A DNA stretch of 64,000 nucleotides from a virus (IMGVR_UViG_3300017951_000001:12255-76254); one strand, 5' to 3'. Positions 8,344-17,256 are shown, numbered from the stretch's first letter. Notes: generated by a model from the letters alone, not told the origin. A program made the numbers and translations.

Positions 8344-8556
8344 TCAAATTCCAGTTGTCGTGTTTCGACCGGCACAACTCGGTAACTCCCGATCGGTTAG
8401 TTCAGTTGTTATAACCCCACACCGGGTGCAGTTTAGTTTATTTGTTTGCTTTGAAAACAAGTGTTTTTGGCATCGCCGCGTAGAACGGTTTCTGACGCGC
8501 CCACCAGACCAGACGTGCCGGCATACCGGGTCGGTCGCTGAAACGTTTTCTCGCAC
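8344..8556 (-). CDS. Small Cys/His-rich hypothetical protein
   Basis: GTG start adjacent to the upstream stop; CRH, CQKH, CTRC motifs. Confidence 0.4.
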   Translation of the reverse strand: MRENVSATDPVCRHVWSGGRVRNRSTRRCQKHLFSKQTNKLNCTRCGVITTELTDRELPSCAGRNTTTGI

Positions 8557-8559
8557 CGT

Positions 8560-8787
8560 TTACGGAACCTCGTTGGGGTCCTTGTCCGCACCCGTCCGGG
8601 GCCCATCAGATTCCACAACTCCCAGCCGTTGGTACGTGGCTACGATGTACCCTCGCCCGTTGCAACGCAGGCAATGTTTGAACGTGTCGTAGTCGGAGTG
8701 GATTTCGCAATCGAAATACTCATAACCAGTAGCATCACACGCACGGCACATCAGGTGAAACCTGATTATCGCTGGGCGTGGAGACAT
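8560..8787 (-). CDS. DnaJ-type zinc-finger-like small protein
   Basis: CRACDATG and CLRCNGRG (CxxCxGxG-like) motifs; start MSPRPAI. Confidence 0.6.
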   Translation of the reverse strand: MSPRPAIIRFHLMCRACDATGYEYFDCEIHSDYDTFKHCLRCNGRGYIVATYQRLGVVESDGPRTGADKDPNEVP

Positions 8788-8855
8788 GAGTGAATCTATT
8801 ACCTCTGCTACTTCGCATTTCAAGTATCATATATTCGATTACTCCGTTACGCCCT

Positions 8856-9005
8856 AAACCCATAGTTTCTAAACCCATAGTTTCTAAACCCATAGTTTCT
8901 AAACCCATAGTTTCTAAACCCATAGTTTCTAAACCCATAGTTTCTAAACCCATAGTTTCTATGACCATAGTTTCTAAACCCATAGTTTCTGCGCCCATAG
9001 TTTCT
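8856..9005 (+). repeat. CCATAGTTTCT array 2 (10 tandem 15-bp units)
   Basis: AAACCCATAGTTTCT x8 plus ATGACCATAGTTTCT and GCGCCCATAGTTTCT. Confidence 0.95.
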
Positions 9006-9019
9006 GAAACGAGGTACAC

Positions 9020-9337
9020 ATGTCTCACTGGAACGATGCAACTCGAAGTGCAATCGAAGGGTATCCACACAACCGATACCTTAAAATTGAGGCAGGTGAA
9101 ACGACCGCTTTGCTCACAATCAGTTTGTCTGCACAAGCCGCAGTGCATCACGTTTTCTGTGAATCACACACAGGTGACTCGACCCTCACGTTGCCGGCGT
9201 CGAGCGGAGGTCAGACGATTCATATCCACAATAATCGCTATGTGGACTTCGACTTCAAGGGTTTGCTTACCGGAGGCGATTTCATCATCGACGGAACCGG
9301 TGTGCATTACCTGATCAGCTATGTTCTTCCGTTCTGA
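9020..9337 (+). CDS. Hypothetical beta-rich, His-rich protein
   Basis: GAGG SD, ATG 15 bp after the array, protein-like 105 aa. Confidence 0.65.
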   Translation: MSHWNDATRSAIEGYPHNRYLKIEAGETTALLTISLSAQAAVHHVFCESHTGDSTLTLPASSGGQTIHIHNNRYVDFDFKGLLTGGDFIIDGTGVHYLISYVLPF

Positions 9338-9491
9338 AGAAGAAATACAACTGTCGGAGCGATGCCAGTCACCAGTACAATGGTTGACATCAGGATGAAG
9401 TAGTTAAGCGTTACGAACCCGCTTCCCAGCGGGGAGGGTGCCTCGACGGGTCCGCTCGCTACTGGCTCACCCCGACAGTTGCATTTGAAAC

Positions 9492-9662
9492 TTATTCTTC
9501 TGAAGTCGCTGTTCTTTGGAGCTTTACGACAAGTTCATCGAGCAATGTTAGCGATTCGACCGCTTCGCGATGTTCAAGTTTGATGAACTCGGTCTCGATA
9601 AAAGTCGTCTTCAACAAGGTATCAAGAGCTTTCTTGATTTTCGCAGCGTGTTCTGTTTCCAT
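9492..9662 (-). CDS. Small helical hypothetical protein
   Basis: GGAG SD (AACCCGGAGCAACC-ATG), start METEHAA. Confidence 0.55.
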   Translation of the reverse strand: METEHAAKIKKALDTLLKTTFIETEFIKLEHREAVESLTLLDELVVKLQRTATSEE

Positions 9663-9722
9663 GGTTGCTCCGGGTTGGCTCAACCATGTTAACATGGAAC
9701 GGGTAACCTTTCAACGACTAAT

Positions 9723-9956
9723 TTATGCTTCTCCTGGCTCAATGTTCATCGACCAAACTTGACTTTCGGCTTCGGCTTTCTTGTCTCGGTCGAACCCTGC
9801 TTCGATATATTCGAGAATGTCTTGGACTGTTTCGAAGTTGTTCGCAACCAGAACAAGCAAACTGTCTTGGTTGCATAAGTACACTCGGAGGTCTTCATCT
9901 CCGATGCTACTCGCTAGGACTTCAACAGCGCTTTCACAAAGGTCGGGTGCCTTCAT
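9723..9956 (-). CDS. Small acidic hypothetical protein
   Basis: AGGAG SD; directly downstream of the glycosyltransferase. Confidence 0.6.
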   Translation of the reverse strand: MKAPDLCESAVEVLASSIGDEDLRVYLCNQDSLLVLVANNFETVQDILEYIEAGFDRDKKAEAESQVWSMNIEPGEA

Positions 9957-9964
9957 CTTTGCTC

Positions 9965-11401
9965 CTATGACCTATTGAAAGCATACACGAATTGCCTGCC
10001 GCCTCGGACTCGAATGCTTCCTCCGAACCTCCGAACCATTCGGCTTGCTCTGGACATGGGACAACTTTGGGCCCCGAATGGACCTTTACCATTCACTTTG
10101 AGTTTCATTAGTGCTTTGTAAAATTCAGTAAACGGCTGACCGTGGTGTGCGATCAGGCATTCAGCGAAAGCTTCTTTGTTCCCATCTTTCGGAGTCCAAA
10201 CGCGCTCTGCATCTAACCTTTCGAACAACTCGCTGTATTGTTCTGCCCAAAGACGAGAATTGAAGGTTGAACGCACGTAATCGCTTACGACTCTTCCCCA
10301 GTGTTTTCTTTCTCGCTCAACCGTCAACAATCGCCTCAACATGGCTTTGCACTCTGAAGCATCATCGAACAGGTAAGGGTAATTGGTTGTGGCTCGGCCC
10401 GTGATCTCGGGGAAAGTACAATCGTTGGGAGCCACCAACGGCTGACCCAATGCCATTGATTCCACTGCGCTGATGCAGAACGTCTCATACATCGAGTGCG
10501 TCACGTTCAAGTCGCATCCACGAAGTGCTTCAAGATATTCGTCGCGTGTTCTGACGAGGCAAATCTCTGCCCAAGGATATTGAGCAAGATATGCAGTGTT
10601 TTCTCTGTTGGTGTTCATGTAGCGAAGTTTGAACTTTACTCCTTCCTGGTAAAGTTCATCCAACACCTGCATGGTGTCTCGCCAGCGTTTATACCCCTGC
10701 AATCTGTGATTGTAAGCAATTACAGGCACTTCATTGCCGGTCTCGTGGTACTCAAGTGATTGTTCAAGTGTACCTAAATAAATCCGGCTTCCAGATTGCT
10801 CAATTTTCTGAACTAGGTCTGGATGAAGTGCCTCCCGGCAGTTGTCGAGAACAAGAGTCCGAGTGTAATCGGAGTTGTAGACATTCCAGTCGGCCAGGAT
10901 TGTTCCATTCAGTTGAGTCCACCAAACGTTCGCCATAGCGTCGACGTTGTAGGGAAGGGATTTGTGAATGGTGTAGTTGTGTGCTGCAACGACAACAGGT
11001 TTGAACGTATCGTTGTAGGAACTGTCCCCACTGAACTTGATGTTTCCTGCCATCTCTACGAGATTGCACCAAGCTACATCAATTGCTACGCTCCGAAAGA
11101 GTTTGTCGTACCAGATCGAGTCAAAGTGAACAGCCCCTCCGTGCCGACGGGGATTCATGCGCTGTGAGACCCGCGTCACATTAGGCAACGAGAAAAAGCC
11201 GTCGTCGTCGTATTTGAACTTGCTCTTTGAGTCAGGGAAAGGAACCCAAAAATGCCAGTCGGGTCTTACCTCTGCCATTGCGCGGACAAAAGCAGAAGTA
11301 AGGACATAGTTACTGTCACTGTTTACTTCTGCTTTCGAGAACATGTACTGGCACCAAACTTGGAGCCCGCCAACTCGGTCTTCCACCCATTCCAACGTCA
11401 T
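9965..11401 (-). CDS. GT-B (GT4-like) glycosyltransferase, candidate DNA-base glycosyltransferase
   Basis: C-terminal Rossmann motifs IAYNHRLQGYK and YETFCISAVESMALGQPLVAP (EX7E); start overlaps the ParB-like gene stop. Confidence 0.8.
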   Translation of the reverse strand: MTLEWVEDRVGGLQVWCQYMFSKAEVNSDSNYVLTSAFVRAMAEVRPDWHFWVPFPDSKSKFKYDDDGFFSLPNVTRVSQRMNPRRHGGAVHFDSIWYDKLFRSVAIDVAWCNLVEMAGNIKFSGDSSYNDTFKPVVVAAHNYTIHKSLPYNVDAMANVWWTQLNGTILADWNVYNSDYTRTLVLDNCREALHPDLVQKIEQSGSRIYLGTLEQSLEYHETGNEVPVIAYNHRLQGYKRWRDTMQVLDELYQEGVKFKLRYMNTNRENTAYLAQYPWAEICLVRTRDEYLEALRGCDLNVTHSMYETFCISAVESMALGQPLVAPNDCTFPEITGRATTNYPYLFDDASECKAMLRRLLTVERERKHWGRVVSDYVRSTFNSRLWAEQYSELFERLDAERVWTPKDGNKEAFAECLIAHHGQPFTEFYKALMKLKVNGKGPFGAQSCPMSRASRMVRRFGGSIRVRGGRQFVYAFNRS

Positions 11402-11994
11402 TTTGCCTGCACCTTTAACTTCAGTCCGTGTTCGTTCGCGAAGGCGATAACAAGCGATTTGAGTTGTGGGTCGTTCGCTAAATCAGGAGGCCCCGTAAGA
11501 ATAAACGAAAAGGACTTTGCATCAGCGAATTGTGTATCACTGGCAAAGTCCCCGTCGTCCTCGTCGTCTTCATCAAACAACTCGAAGACCGAGTCAGCGT
11601 TTTGCATGAGGTCTTCGAGTTCTTGTGTTGAGAACCCGAGGTTGTGCAGTTCCGTTGAGGATTCTTGGAGATCGGAAAGGATCTTACTCAATGTAGGGTC
11701 ATCCCACATTGCTAATTCGCCGATCTTGTTATCCGCCAATGCAAGTGCTTTTGCTTCATCAACTGTCAGATCCAAGAACCGAACAGGAACCTGTTCCATA
11801 CCCAGAGAAAGCGCTGCTTTGAGTCGCGTATGACCTGCAATGACCATGTTGTCTGCACGGCGAGCAACAATCGGTGCAGCAAAGCCGAATCTCCGGATTG
11901 AGTCTGCGACAGGTTCAATGGATTGTTGATTGATTCTCGGGTTTTCGTCCCAAGGGACTAACGAATTGGGATCGACGAATTCTGCTGCTTCCAT
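11398..11994 (-). CDS. ParB/Sulfiredoxin-like N-terminal-domain protein (1 of 3)
   Basis: LVPWDENPRIN, SIRRFGFAAPIV, VIAGHTRLKAA, LALADNK; start MEAAEF after GAGG. Confidence 0.85.
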   Translation of the reverse strand: MEAAEFVDPNSLVPWDENPRINQQSIEPVADSIRRFGFAAPIVARRADNMVIAGHTRLKAALSLGMEQVPVRFLDLTVDEAKALALADNKIGELAMWDDPTLSKILSDLQESSTELHNLGFSTQELEDLMQNADSVFELFDEDDEDDGDFASDTQFADAKSFSFILTGPPDLANDPQLKSLVIAFANEHGLKLKVQAK

Positions 11995-12093
11995 TGGTGA
12001 CACCTCATTGCGTTTCTGGGGACGTTGCCGATTCACGGGCACCGAACCATGGACCCACACCGGAAAACGCCTGATACATGCGTTTCTGAAACC

Positions 12094-12741
12094 TCATGCG
12101 TCGGTTACGGGGATCCGTTCCGGGGCACCGTCAGCGGTGGGCGCGAGTTCATTTTCAAGCGAAAATGCATCGCCGATGGCTTCATGTACACCGATCAAAT
12201 CTCCGCTTGTTCCTACCACAGAGCCATTGAACGTGTGAACTTTGCTGGGTACTTTGGCTCGGCCGGAAATGAACTCACGCCCGAGGTTCGTTGCCCGATA
12301 ATACCCTGGGCTGTCCGGTTTCCGTTCAACGAGCCCCCACCAACATAAAGTCGGGTGTTGATTTGTCTTTACAAGCCAACGCGGACCTTCTTCTGGCACA
12401 TGAATCCAGTCATCCGATTGTTGGCAAAGCCAGATCAACGATTTGACTCGGTTGGCATTGAGTCGATTACCGTATCGCTTCACGAACCGACCACAGCACG
12501 GACAATCAACGCCTTTTGCTGCGCCTGCCATTGTTTCAACGTGAGCCAAACGCAAGGTCGGCCCCCGTTGAAGCCATTCCAACCGAAGCGTTTGTTTCAC
12601 TTGTTCGAATTGTGCTTCGTCGAAGTGTTGTAGACCTTCGTTGTTGAGCCAAACAATCGCAGAATCTAGTTGTTCATCTCGAAGCGTTGATGCATCGGAC
12701 GAACCGTCGAGCAAACCCAACAGCCAGCCCTTTTTACCCAT
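12094..12741 (-). CDS. Conserved phage hypothetical protein (CPCCG zinc knuckle + winged-helix-like C-terminus)
   Basis: DCPCCGRFVKRY..LIWL..WGLVE..GYYRATNLGREF; GGAGG SD before MGKKG. Confidence 0.6.
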   Translation of the reverse strand: MGKKGWLLGLLDGSSDASTLRDEQLDSAIVWLNNEGLQHFDEAQFEQVKQTLRLEWLQRGPTLRLAHVETMAGAAKGVDCPCCGRFVKRYGNRLNANRVKSLIWLCQQSDDWIHVPEEGPRWLVKTNQHPTLCWWGLVERKPDSPGYYRATNLGREFISGRAKVPSKVHTFNGSVVGTSGDLIGVHEAIGDAFSLENELAPTADGAPERIPVTDA

Positions 12742-13051
12742 CGTATTCCTCCAAAACAGTGCGAACGATTTGGAGGGAATTAGGTTCGAAGATGATCTTC
12801 GAGCCGGTAACATGAAGTAAATAGTGGATAACCCACCAAGGGGGTCGGCGACCGTCAGACCCGGAGGCCCATTGACTTACATGTTGGGGAAGGACAGTCC
12901 GTCCGGATGCCGACAACGTTTCGGCTAACCCGGTCGACGTGCGACGCTCCCCTTCGGGCGCTTCGGACAACCAAATGTTTCGCAAAGCAGAAAAGATTTG
13001 ATTCCGAGGAGGTTCGCTCCCCGGAACTGCGAATGCAGGAAAGTCTTCCAT
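12734..13051 (-). CDS. Putative HTH DNA-binding protein
   Basis: STGLAETLS..VLPQHVSQWASG resembles an XRE-type helix-turn-helix. Confidence 0.5.
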   Translation of the reverse strand: MEDFPAFAVPGSEPPRNQIFSALRNIWLSEAPEGERRTSTGLAETLSASGRTVLPQHVSQWASGSDGRRPPWWVIHYLLHVTGSKIIFEPNSLQIVRTVLEEYDG

Positions 13052-13074
13052 TTTTCACCCCTTTGTGTTGGTGG

Positions 13075-14226
13075 TCATACGACCACCTTCAATTCAGTAT
13101 CCAAATTAACGTACAAGTGAGCATGGTGCTTTATCTCGTCGCAGAATGCCCCGCCATTGATAGCGAGAGCGAACAACCGCGCGTCGGCGGCTTCGAAGGC
13201 TTCCCGCCAACCGACCGACACCTCGCCGAGCCCATCGGTGATAATCATAATATCGCCTTTGTCGGTTAGGTATTGTACCGAAGTTTGAATTGCTTTGTGC
13301 AGGTTTGTTGTTCCCCGGGCCGACAACCGTTGCAAGGCCAATACGCCTTCGGGGGTGTTTTCGATCGGATCGTGGACCCGACCCGAAAAGGGAAGCACGA
13401 TGCATCGCCGGTTCTGCATCGTAGCGCGAAGCATTGTGGCCAATGCCACAGCCTTCGCGCGGTCGAAGGGGTCACCCCGCATTGACGATGAAACGTCGAG
13501 CAGCAAGACGATGTCGCCTCGGCCCGATTTTTGGGAGCCGGTGAATTTGAAAACCTCGGCCCGGTTTTCGATGATTTTTTGAAGGACAATGTCCTCCATG
13601 ATTTCAATCCCAAGCTGGCTGCGCAACATCGGTAGCAGATGCGCGATATTGTTTCCGAGCGTTGTGGACGTGATTTCCTCGATCACAGTGTCCACCGTGA
13701 TTGTTTTATCGCCGTCAGCGAGCAATCCGCCGACGAGGTCGAGGATCCGTCGGAATGCTTCGTCCGAGGCGATTTGTTCAATAATTTCGGAGCGAATCGG
13801 GTCGCCCGGTTCGCCCAGCATATCGGTTGCTCCACCGAATGATGCGACAGCAAATTTTGCTTTTTGCATTTTGTCGGCCGTTTCGCGGAGCCGACCGCGA
13901 ATGCGGGCAGCGCGGAGGTTATCCGCCATATCGTCATCCAGCGGGGTATCGAAGCCCGCCATCAAACCCGCCGTAGCCAAAGCCGAAAGGTCGGCATCCC
14001 CCGCGACGGTGGTTTGGAGTTCATCCCATTCCGCGCATTCGAGCGCTTCATGGGACGAAGCCGTGTGATCCGGTTCCCCCGCAGGGGCGTCCTCGAACAA
14101 CCGCGCGAACACCTGCGCGGGGAACGCCTCGTCGGGGAGGTGTGCGTCGCGAACAGCGTCTGCGATAGCGGGACGACCGGAGCGGTCATCCCACAACAAA
14201 TTGGAAAGCAGCGAAGGTTTGTACAT
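13075..14226 (-). CDS. VWA (von Willebrand A) domain protein, ViaA-like
   Basis: MIDAS motif LLLDVSSSM, RGTTNL, IMIITDG; start MYKPS behind the leader. Confidence 0.85.
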   Translation of the reverse strand: MYKPSLLSNLLWDDRSGRPAIADAVRDAHLPDEAFPAQVFARLFEDAPAGEPDHTASSHEALECAEWDELQTTVAGDADLSALATAGLMAGFDTPLDDDMADNLRAARIRGRLRETADKMQKAKFAVASFGGATDMLGEPGDPIRSEIIEQIASDEAFRRILDLVGGLLADGDKTITVDTVIEEITSTTLGNNIAHLLPMLRSQLGIEIMEDIVLQKIIENRAEVFKFTGSQKSGRGDIVLLLDVSSSMRGDPFDRAKAVALATMLRATMQNRRCIVLPFSGRVHDPIENTPEGVLALQRLSARGTTNLHKAIQTSVQYLTDKGDIMIITDGLGEVSVGWREAFEAADARLFALAINGGAFCDEIKHHAHLYVNLDTELKVVV

Positions 14227-14262
14227 TTTGGCTCCGTGGTTGTCGCGGGGGATCGCCCCCGC
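14227..14262 (-). promoter_or_regulatory. Hairpin + ACAACCACGGAG leader
   Basis: GCGGGGG-CGAT-CCCCCGC, then GACAACCACGGAGCCAAA-ATG. Confidence 0.65.
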
Positions 14263-14317
14263 CCATTCTGGGTAACCCGCCAGCGTGTTGTTTGCAACAC
14301 CTTGGCGGGTTGGGGGT

Positions 14318-15430
14318 TCACCCGAACATGAGGCGAATGGTACGATCCGCCTCAACGATCAAATTGTCGACCACCGCCGCCGCCTGCGATGTTTCGGTGC
14401 AAACCGGCAGGTTAGCCAGTTCATCAAGCGTTGTGACCAATTGCTTCTTGAGCGCAGCAAGCTGCCCGACGTTGTCGACGGACCAGCGTTGACCAGTGAT
14501 TTTCGCACCGATTTCGAGGGCCGCGTCTTCGAGTGCTTGCGCCTTCGCCGCGTGGGGGTTGATCGCCCGCGTGACGATAGCCGCCACCACGGGCTCCTCG
14601 GCGGGAGCGTTCCACCAACAATATTTCAGAACCCACAGGTGGTTGGGGTTGGCGACCGTATCGCCCACCATTGCGGCTGCGGCTGCGATCAATTTGGTGG
14701 CGACCACCAGCCGACGGTCGGAAACCTTGATTTTTTCTCGGGCGAGCAGGTTTCGGATTTGAACCAAATTGTTAAACACAGGTTGGAGGTCAACGGCGCT
14801 CGCCGCCGATCGAAGCTGTTCGATCGTGGTTCGGAGGTCAACCGGCCCGGTATGGGTGATCGCTGACCCGCGCGTTGTGACGCAATTCAACAGCGCCAGC
14901 AAATCCGTGGTCCGCGATAGCGGTGCGACGGTGCGACGAATCGCGAAGCGGTCCCACACCGCCCGCTGCGGCCCGTCGGGGTCAGGCAATTCGTTTGACG
15001 CAGCGACGACCATTTCGATGGGCAGGTCGACGGTGCCGTCGGAACCATTGCTGAACGCGCGTTCCTCCAGCAAACCGAGAAGCGAATCCAAAATGCTCCC
15101 CGACGCCTTGAAAATTTCGTCGATGAACAGGATTTCCGAATTGGCAGGCGACACCTGCCAGTTCCGAATCATCAAATCTTGTTTCAACGCGGTCAGCGAA
15201 AGCGGCCCGAACACCTCCTCCATCGTAGAGAATTTGGTCAATTGGGTCCGCTTGTAGCGATACCCGGAAGCCGTCGCGAACGTTTCGGTGAGGTTGGATT
15301 TTCCCGTCCCCGGATCACCCCAGAATAGGGTGTTTTGGCGAGCGATGAGGCCCAGCAAAAGGAGTCGAATTTCCGTTTCCCGGTTAACGAACCGGGAATT
15401 CAAGTAGTCGGTGAAAGGTTGTAGCGACAT
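14318..15430 (-). CDS. MoxR-family AAA+ ATPase, RavA-like
   Basis: GDPGTGKS, TKFSTMEEVFGP, LFIDEIFKA, AASNELP, AVWDRFAIR; start MSLQPF behind the leader. Confidence 0.88.
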   Translation of the reverse strand: MSLQPFTDYLNSRFVNRETEIRLLLLGLIARQNTLFWGDPGTGKSNLTETFATASGYRYKRTQLTKFSTMEEVFGPLSLTALKQDLMIRNWQVSPANSEILFIDEIFKASGSILDSLLGLLEERAFSNGSDGTVDLPIEMVVAASNELPDPDGPQRAVWDRFAIRRTVAPLSRTTDLLALLNCVTTRGSAITHTGPVDLRTTIEQLRSAASAVDLQPVFNNLVQIRNLLAREKIKVSDRRLVVATKLIAAAAAMVGDTVANPNHLWVLKYCWWNAPAEEPVVAAIVTRAINPHAAKAQALEDAALEIGAKITGQRWSVDNVGQLAALKKQLVTTLDELANLPVCTETSQAAAVVDNLIVEADRTIRLMFG

Positions 15431-15469
15431 TGTGTTGGCTCCGTGGTTGTTACCGGACTGAATGCCCGG
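15431..15469 (-). promoter_or_regulatory. Hairpin + ACAACCACGGAG leader; possible TTGGCA-17-TACAAG promoter upstream
   Basis: CCGGG/TCCGG stem, then TAACAACCACGGAGCCAACACA-ATG. Confidence 0.6.
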
Positions 15470-15651
15470 CACATTTCTTGTATCTACGGATCCCGGCTGT
15501 GCCAACAACTATTTGGTAATTCCGCGAAGATCGATCGATACCCCGGACACGGGCAACGAGGTTGCGTATCGCCCGCATCAGGGGTTCTGATGGTTCGCCC
15601 GCATCTGACCCCGCGCAACCCGCAGGTAACGCAGAAACGGTTTCTCGAAAC

Positions 15652-15993
15652 CTATTCGGACGGGTCCGTATCGACTCGGTTTAACGAATCTGTAGTCGAA
15701 AACCCTTCCGGGTATCGCCTCTGCAATTTGGTGATATTCCTTGTTGCTACTGCCTCCATGTTGATTTGGTATTCATCACAAAGGCTAGCAACATACCAAA
15801 GCACATCACCCAATTCCAAAACCAACTTGTTCCTGTCGATCGGGTGATTGTGACCTACAACTTTCTTTAAGTAATCAGCAACTTCGCCTGCTTCGCCGAC
15901 CAACCCAAGTGCATTTACGGCAATGCTTAACTGGTCATTTAACTTTGAATTCTTTGTTCTGATTGCAAGTTGTTGGTATTCATCGAAAGTCAT
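15652..15993 (-). CDS. mazG: MazG-like nucleoside triphosphate pyrophosphohydrolase
   Basis: MTFDEYQ..LGLVGEAGEVADYLKK..ELGDVLWYVA..NITKLQRRYP. Confidence 0.9.
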   Translation of the reverse strand: MTFDEYQQLAIRTKNSKLNDQLSIAVNALGLVGEAGEVADYLKKVVGHNHPIDRNKLVLELGDVLWYVASLCDEYQINMEAVATRNITKLQRRYPEGFSTTDSLNRVDTDPSE

Positions 15994-16021
15994 TTCAGAT
16001 CCGAGTTTAAGGTTAAAACTT

Positions 16022-16053
16022 AAAAATCCCCCGTTCCCCGAAGGGAACAGGGG
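16022..16053 (-). terminator. Rho-independent terminator (TTCG loop)
   Basis: Minus strand CCCCTGTTCCC-TTCG-GGGAACGGGGG-ATTTT after the 16067 stop. Confidence 0.65.
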
Positions 16054-16066
16054 ATCCCCGTGGGAA

Positions 16067-17134
16067 TTATTCCACGGGAGCGATTCGCACGCCGCCACCA
16101 TCAAGCGGGGTAGCGATGAAGCCGTCGAACGGTTGTGCGTTGATGTAGTCCGCGTTGCGAAGGTGGAATGGAACCTTGGCACGTACCAAGTCCAGCACCC
16201 CGAAGTCCGTCACCGTATCGATTTCAGCGAGGAGCGCATCCCACGGAGACGTTTCGACCTTGGCGGTGGTCGTAGTCGTGTCCGCGAGGATAGCCATGGC
16301 GTCGTCGCGCAACGCATCCGACACCGAGCCGAAATCGCTGATTTCGGACAACAGCTTGTCGGAGTAGAGCGAAATCACGTCCCGAAGGGATGCGATGTCG
16401 TCAATCACGTTTTGAACGGCCCTGGCACCCGGCGACCGCTTCCGGTCAGGGGAGCGCAATTCCCGGATCCGTTCCCGAACGGCAGCGAGCTTTTCGTTGA
16501 CGTGACGTTGTAGCGCGGAACCCGCGACCGCTGCGGCCGCATCGCTATCCTGCGGGATAGCGTGGAATTCGGAGTCACCGAGCGCCGACACGAGCGTAGC
16601 CACCATCGGATCGATGGTTCCGGGTACGTAGTGGAGCGATCCGTGCGATTGCAACCGCACAGCGCCCAGGTCGTTGAGCCGGTCAACGATGATAGGGCGA
16701 AACACGCGCCCGTCAACCAAGGTCATCAGTCCATGCGCCTTGGCATGGAACGCCTCACCGACAGGGCCGCCGAACGTTTTGATCCAGTGGTTGTCGCGCC
16801 AATCGGCGCAACCGTCGAAGGGGGCGGAGGGGTCGAAAACAGCGGTGTCGATTTGCACCCAACCAGCGATCCGGTTGTTCACATCGATTTCGGCTCGAAG
16901 AAGCCCGACGACGATTTCGTTGTCGTCAGCGAAAATCAATTCGGTCTTGAACCGTTCGCCGTTGGAGCGTTTCGTGAACGAGCGCGCGATGCGCTTCAAT
17001 TCCGTAACGTGATTGAGCTTGACCCGACGGGACGAGCCCAAACCGGCGAGCGCAGCGTTGATGTCATCGGGTCGTGCGGCACCAGCGATGGAGTACCACA
17101 CAAATGAGCCGTGGACGGAGGAGATAGCGGACAT
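16067..17134 (-). CDS. Hypothetical protein (possibly DUF6744-like partner of AAA/VWA modules)
   Basis: 355 aa, N-terminal GSFVWYSI, GAVRLQSHGSLHYVP, helical C-terminus; family name recalled, not verified. Confidence 0.55.
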   Translation of the reverse strand: MSAISSVHGSFVWYSIAGAARPDDINAALAGLGSSRRVKLNHVTELKRIARSFTKRSNGERFKTELIFADDNEIVVGLLRAEIDVNNRIAGWVQIDTAVFDPSAPFDGCADWRDNHWIKTFGGPVGEAFHAKAHGLMTLVDGRVFRPIIVDRLNDLGAVRLQSHGSLHYVPGTIDPMVATLVSALGDSEFHAIPQDSDAAAAVAGSALQRHVNEKLAAVRERIRELRSPDRKRSPGARAVQNVIDDIASLRDVISLYSDKLLSEISDFGSVSDALRDDAMAILADTTTTTAKVETSPWDALLAEIDTVTDFGVLDLVRAKVPFHLRNADYINAQPFDGFIATPLDGGGVRIAPVE

Positions 17135-17178
17135 GTTGTTGCTCCGGGGTTGTTGGTGCGACGGGGGATCCGCCGCAC
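17135..17178 (-). promoter_or_regulatory. Hairpin + ACAACCCCGGAG leader
   Basis: GTGCG../..CGCAC imperfect stem, then CAACAACCCCGGAGCAACAAC-ATG. Confidence 0.6.
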
Positions 17179-17256
17179 ATACAACGTTTCTCGTTACAAT
17201 TTGCTACGCAAACAGAAAACGAAAAAAAATGAGACGGCGCGATAATGCGGGTTCTT

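Noticed and set aside
8735-9314. ORFs with KPIVS/GLETM/RNYGF repeats (also 19793-20164)
   Set aside because: They are translations of the 15-bp DNA array, open in several frames on both strands, with no initiation signals.
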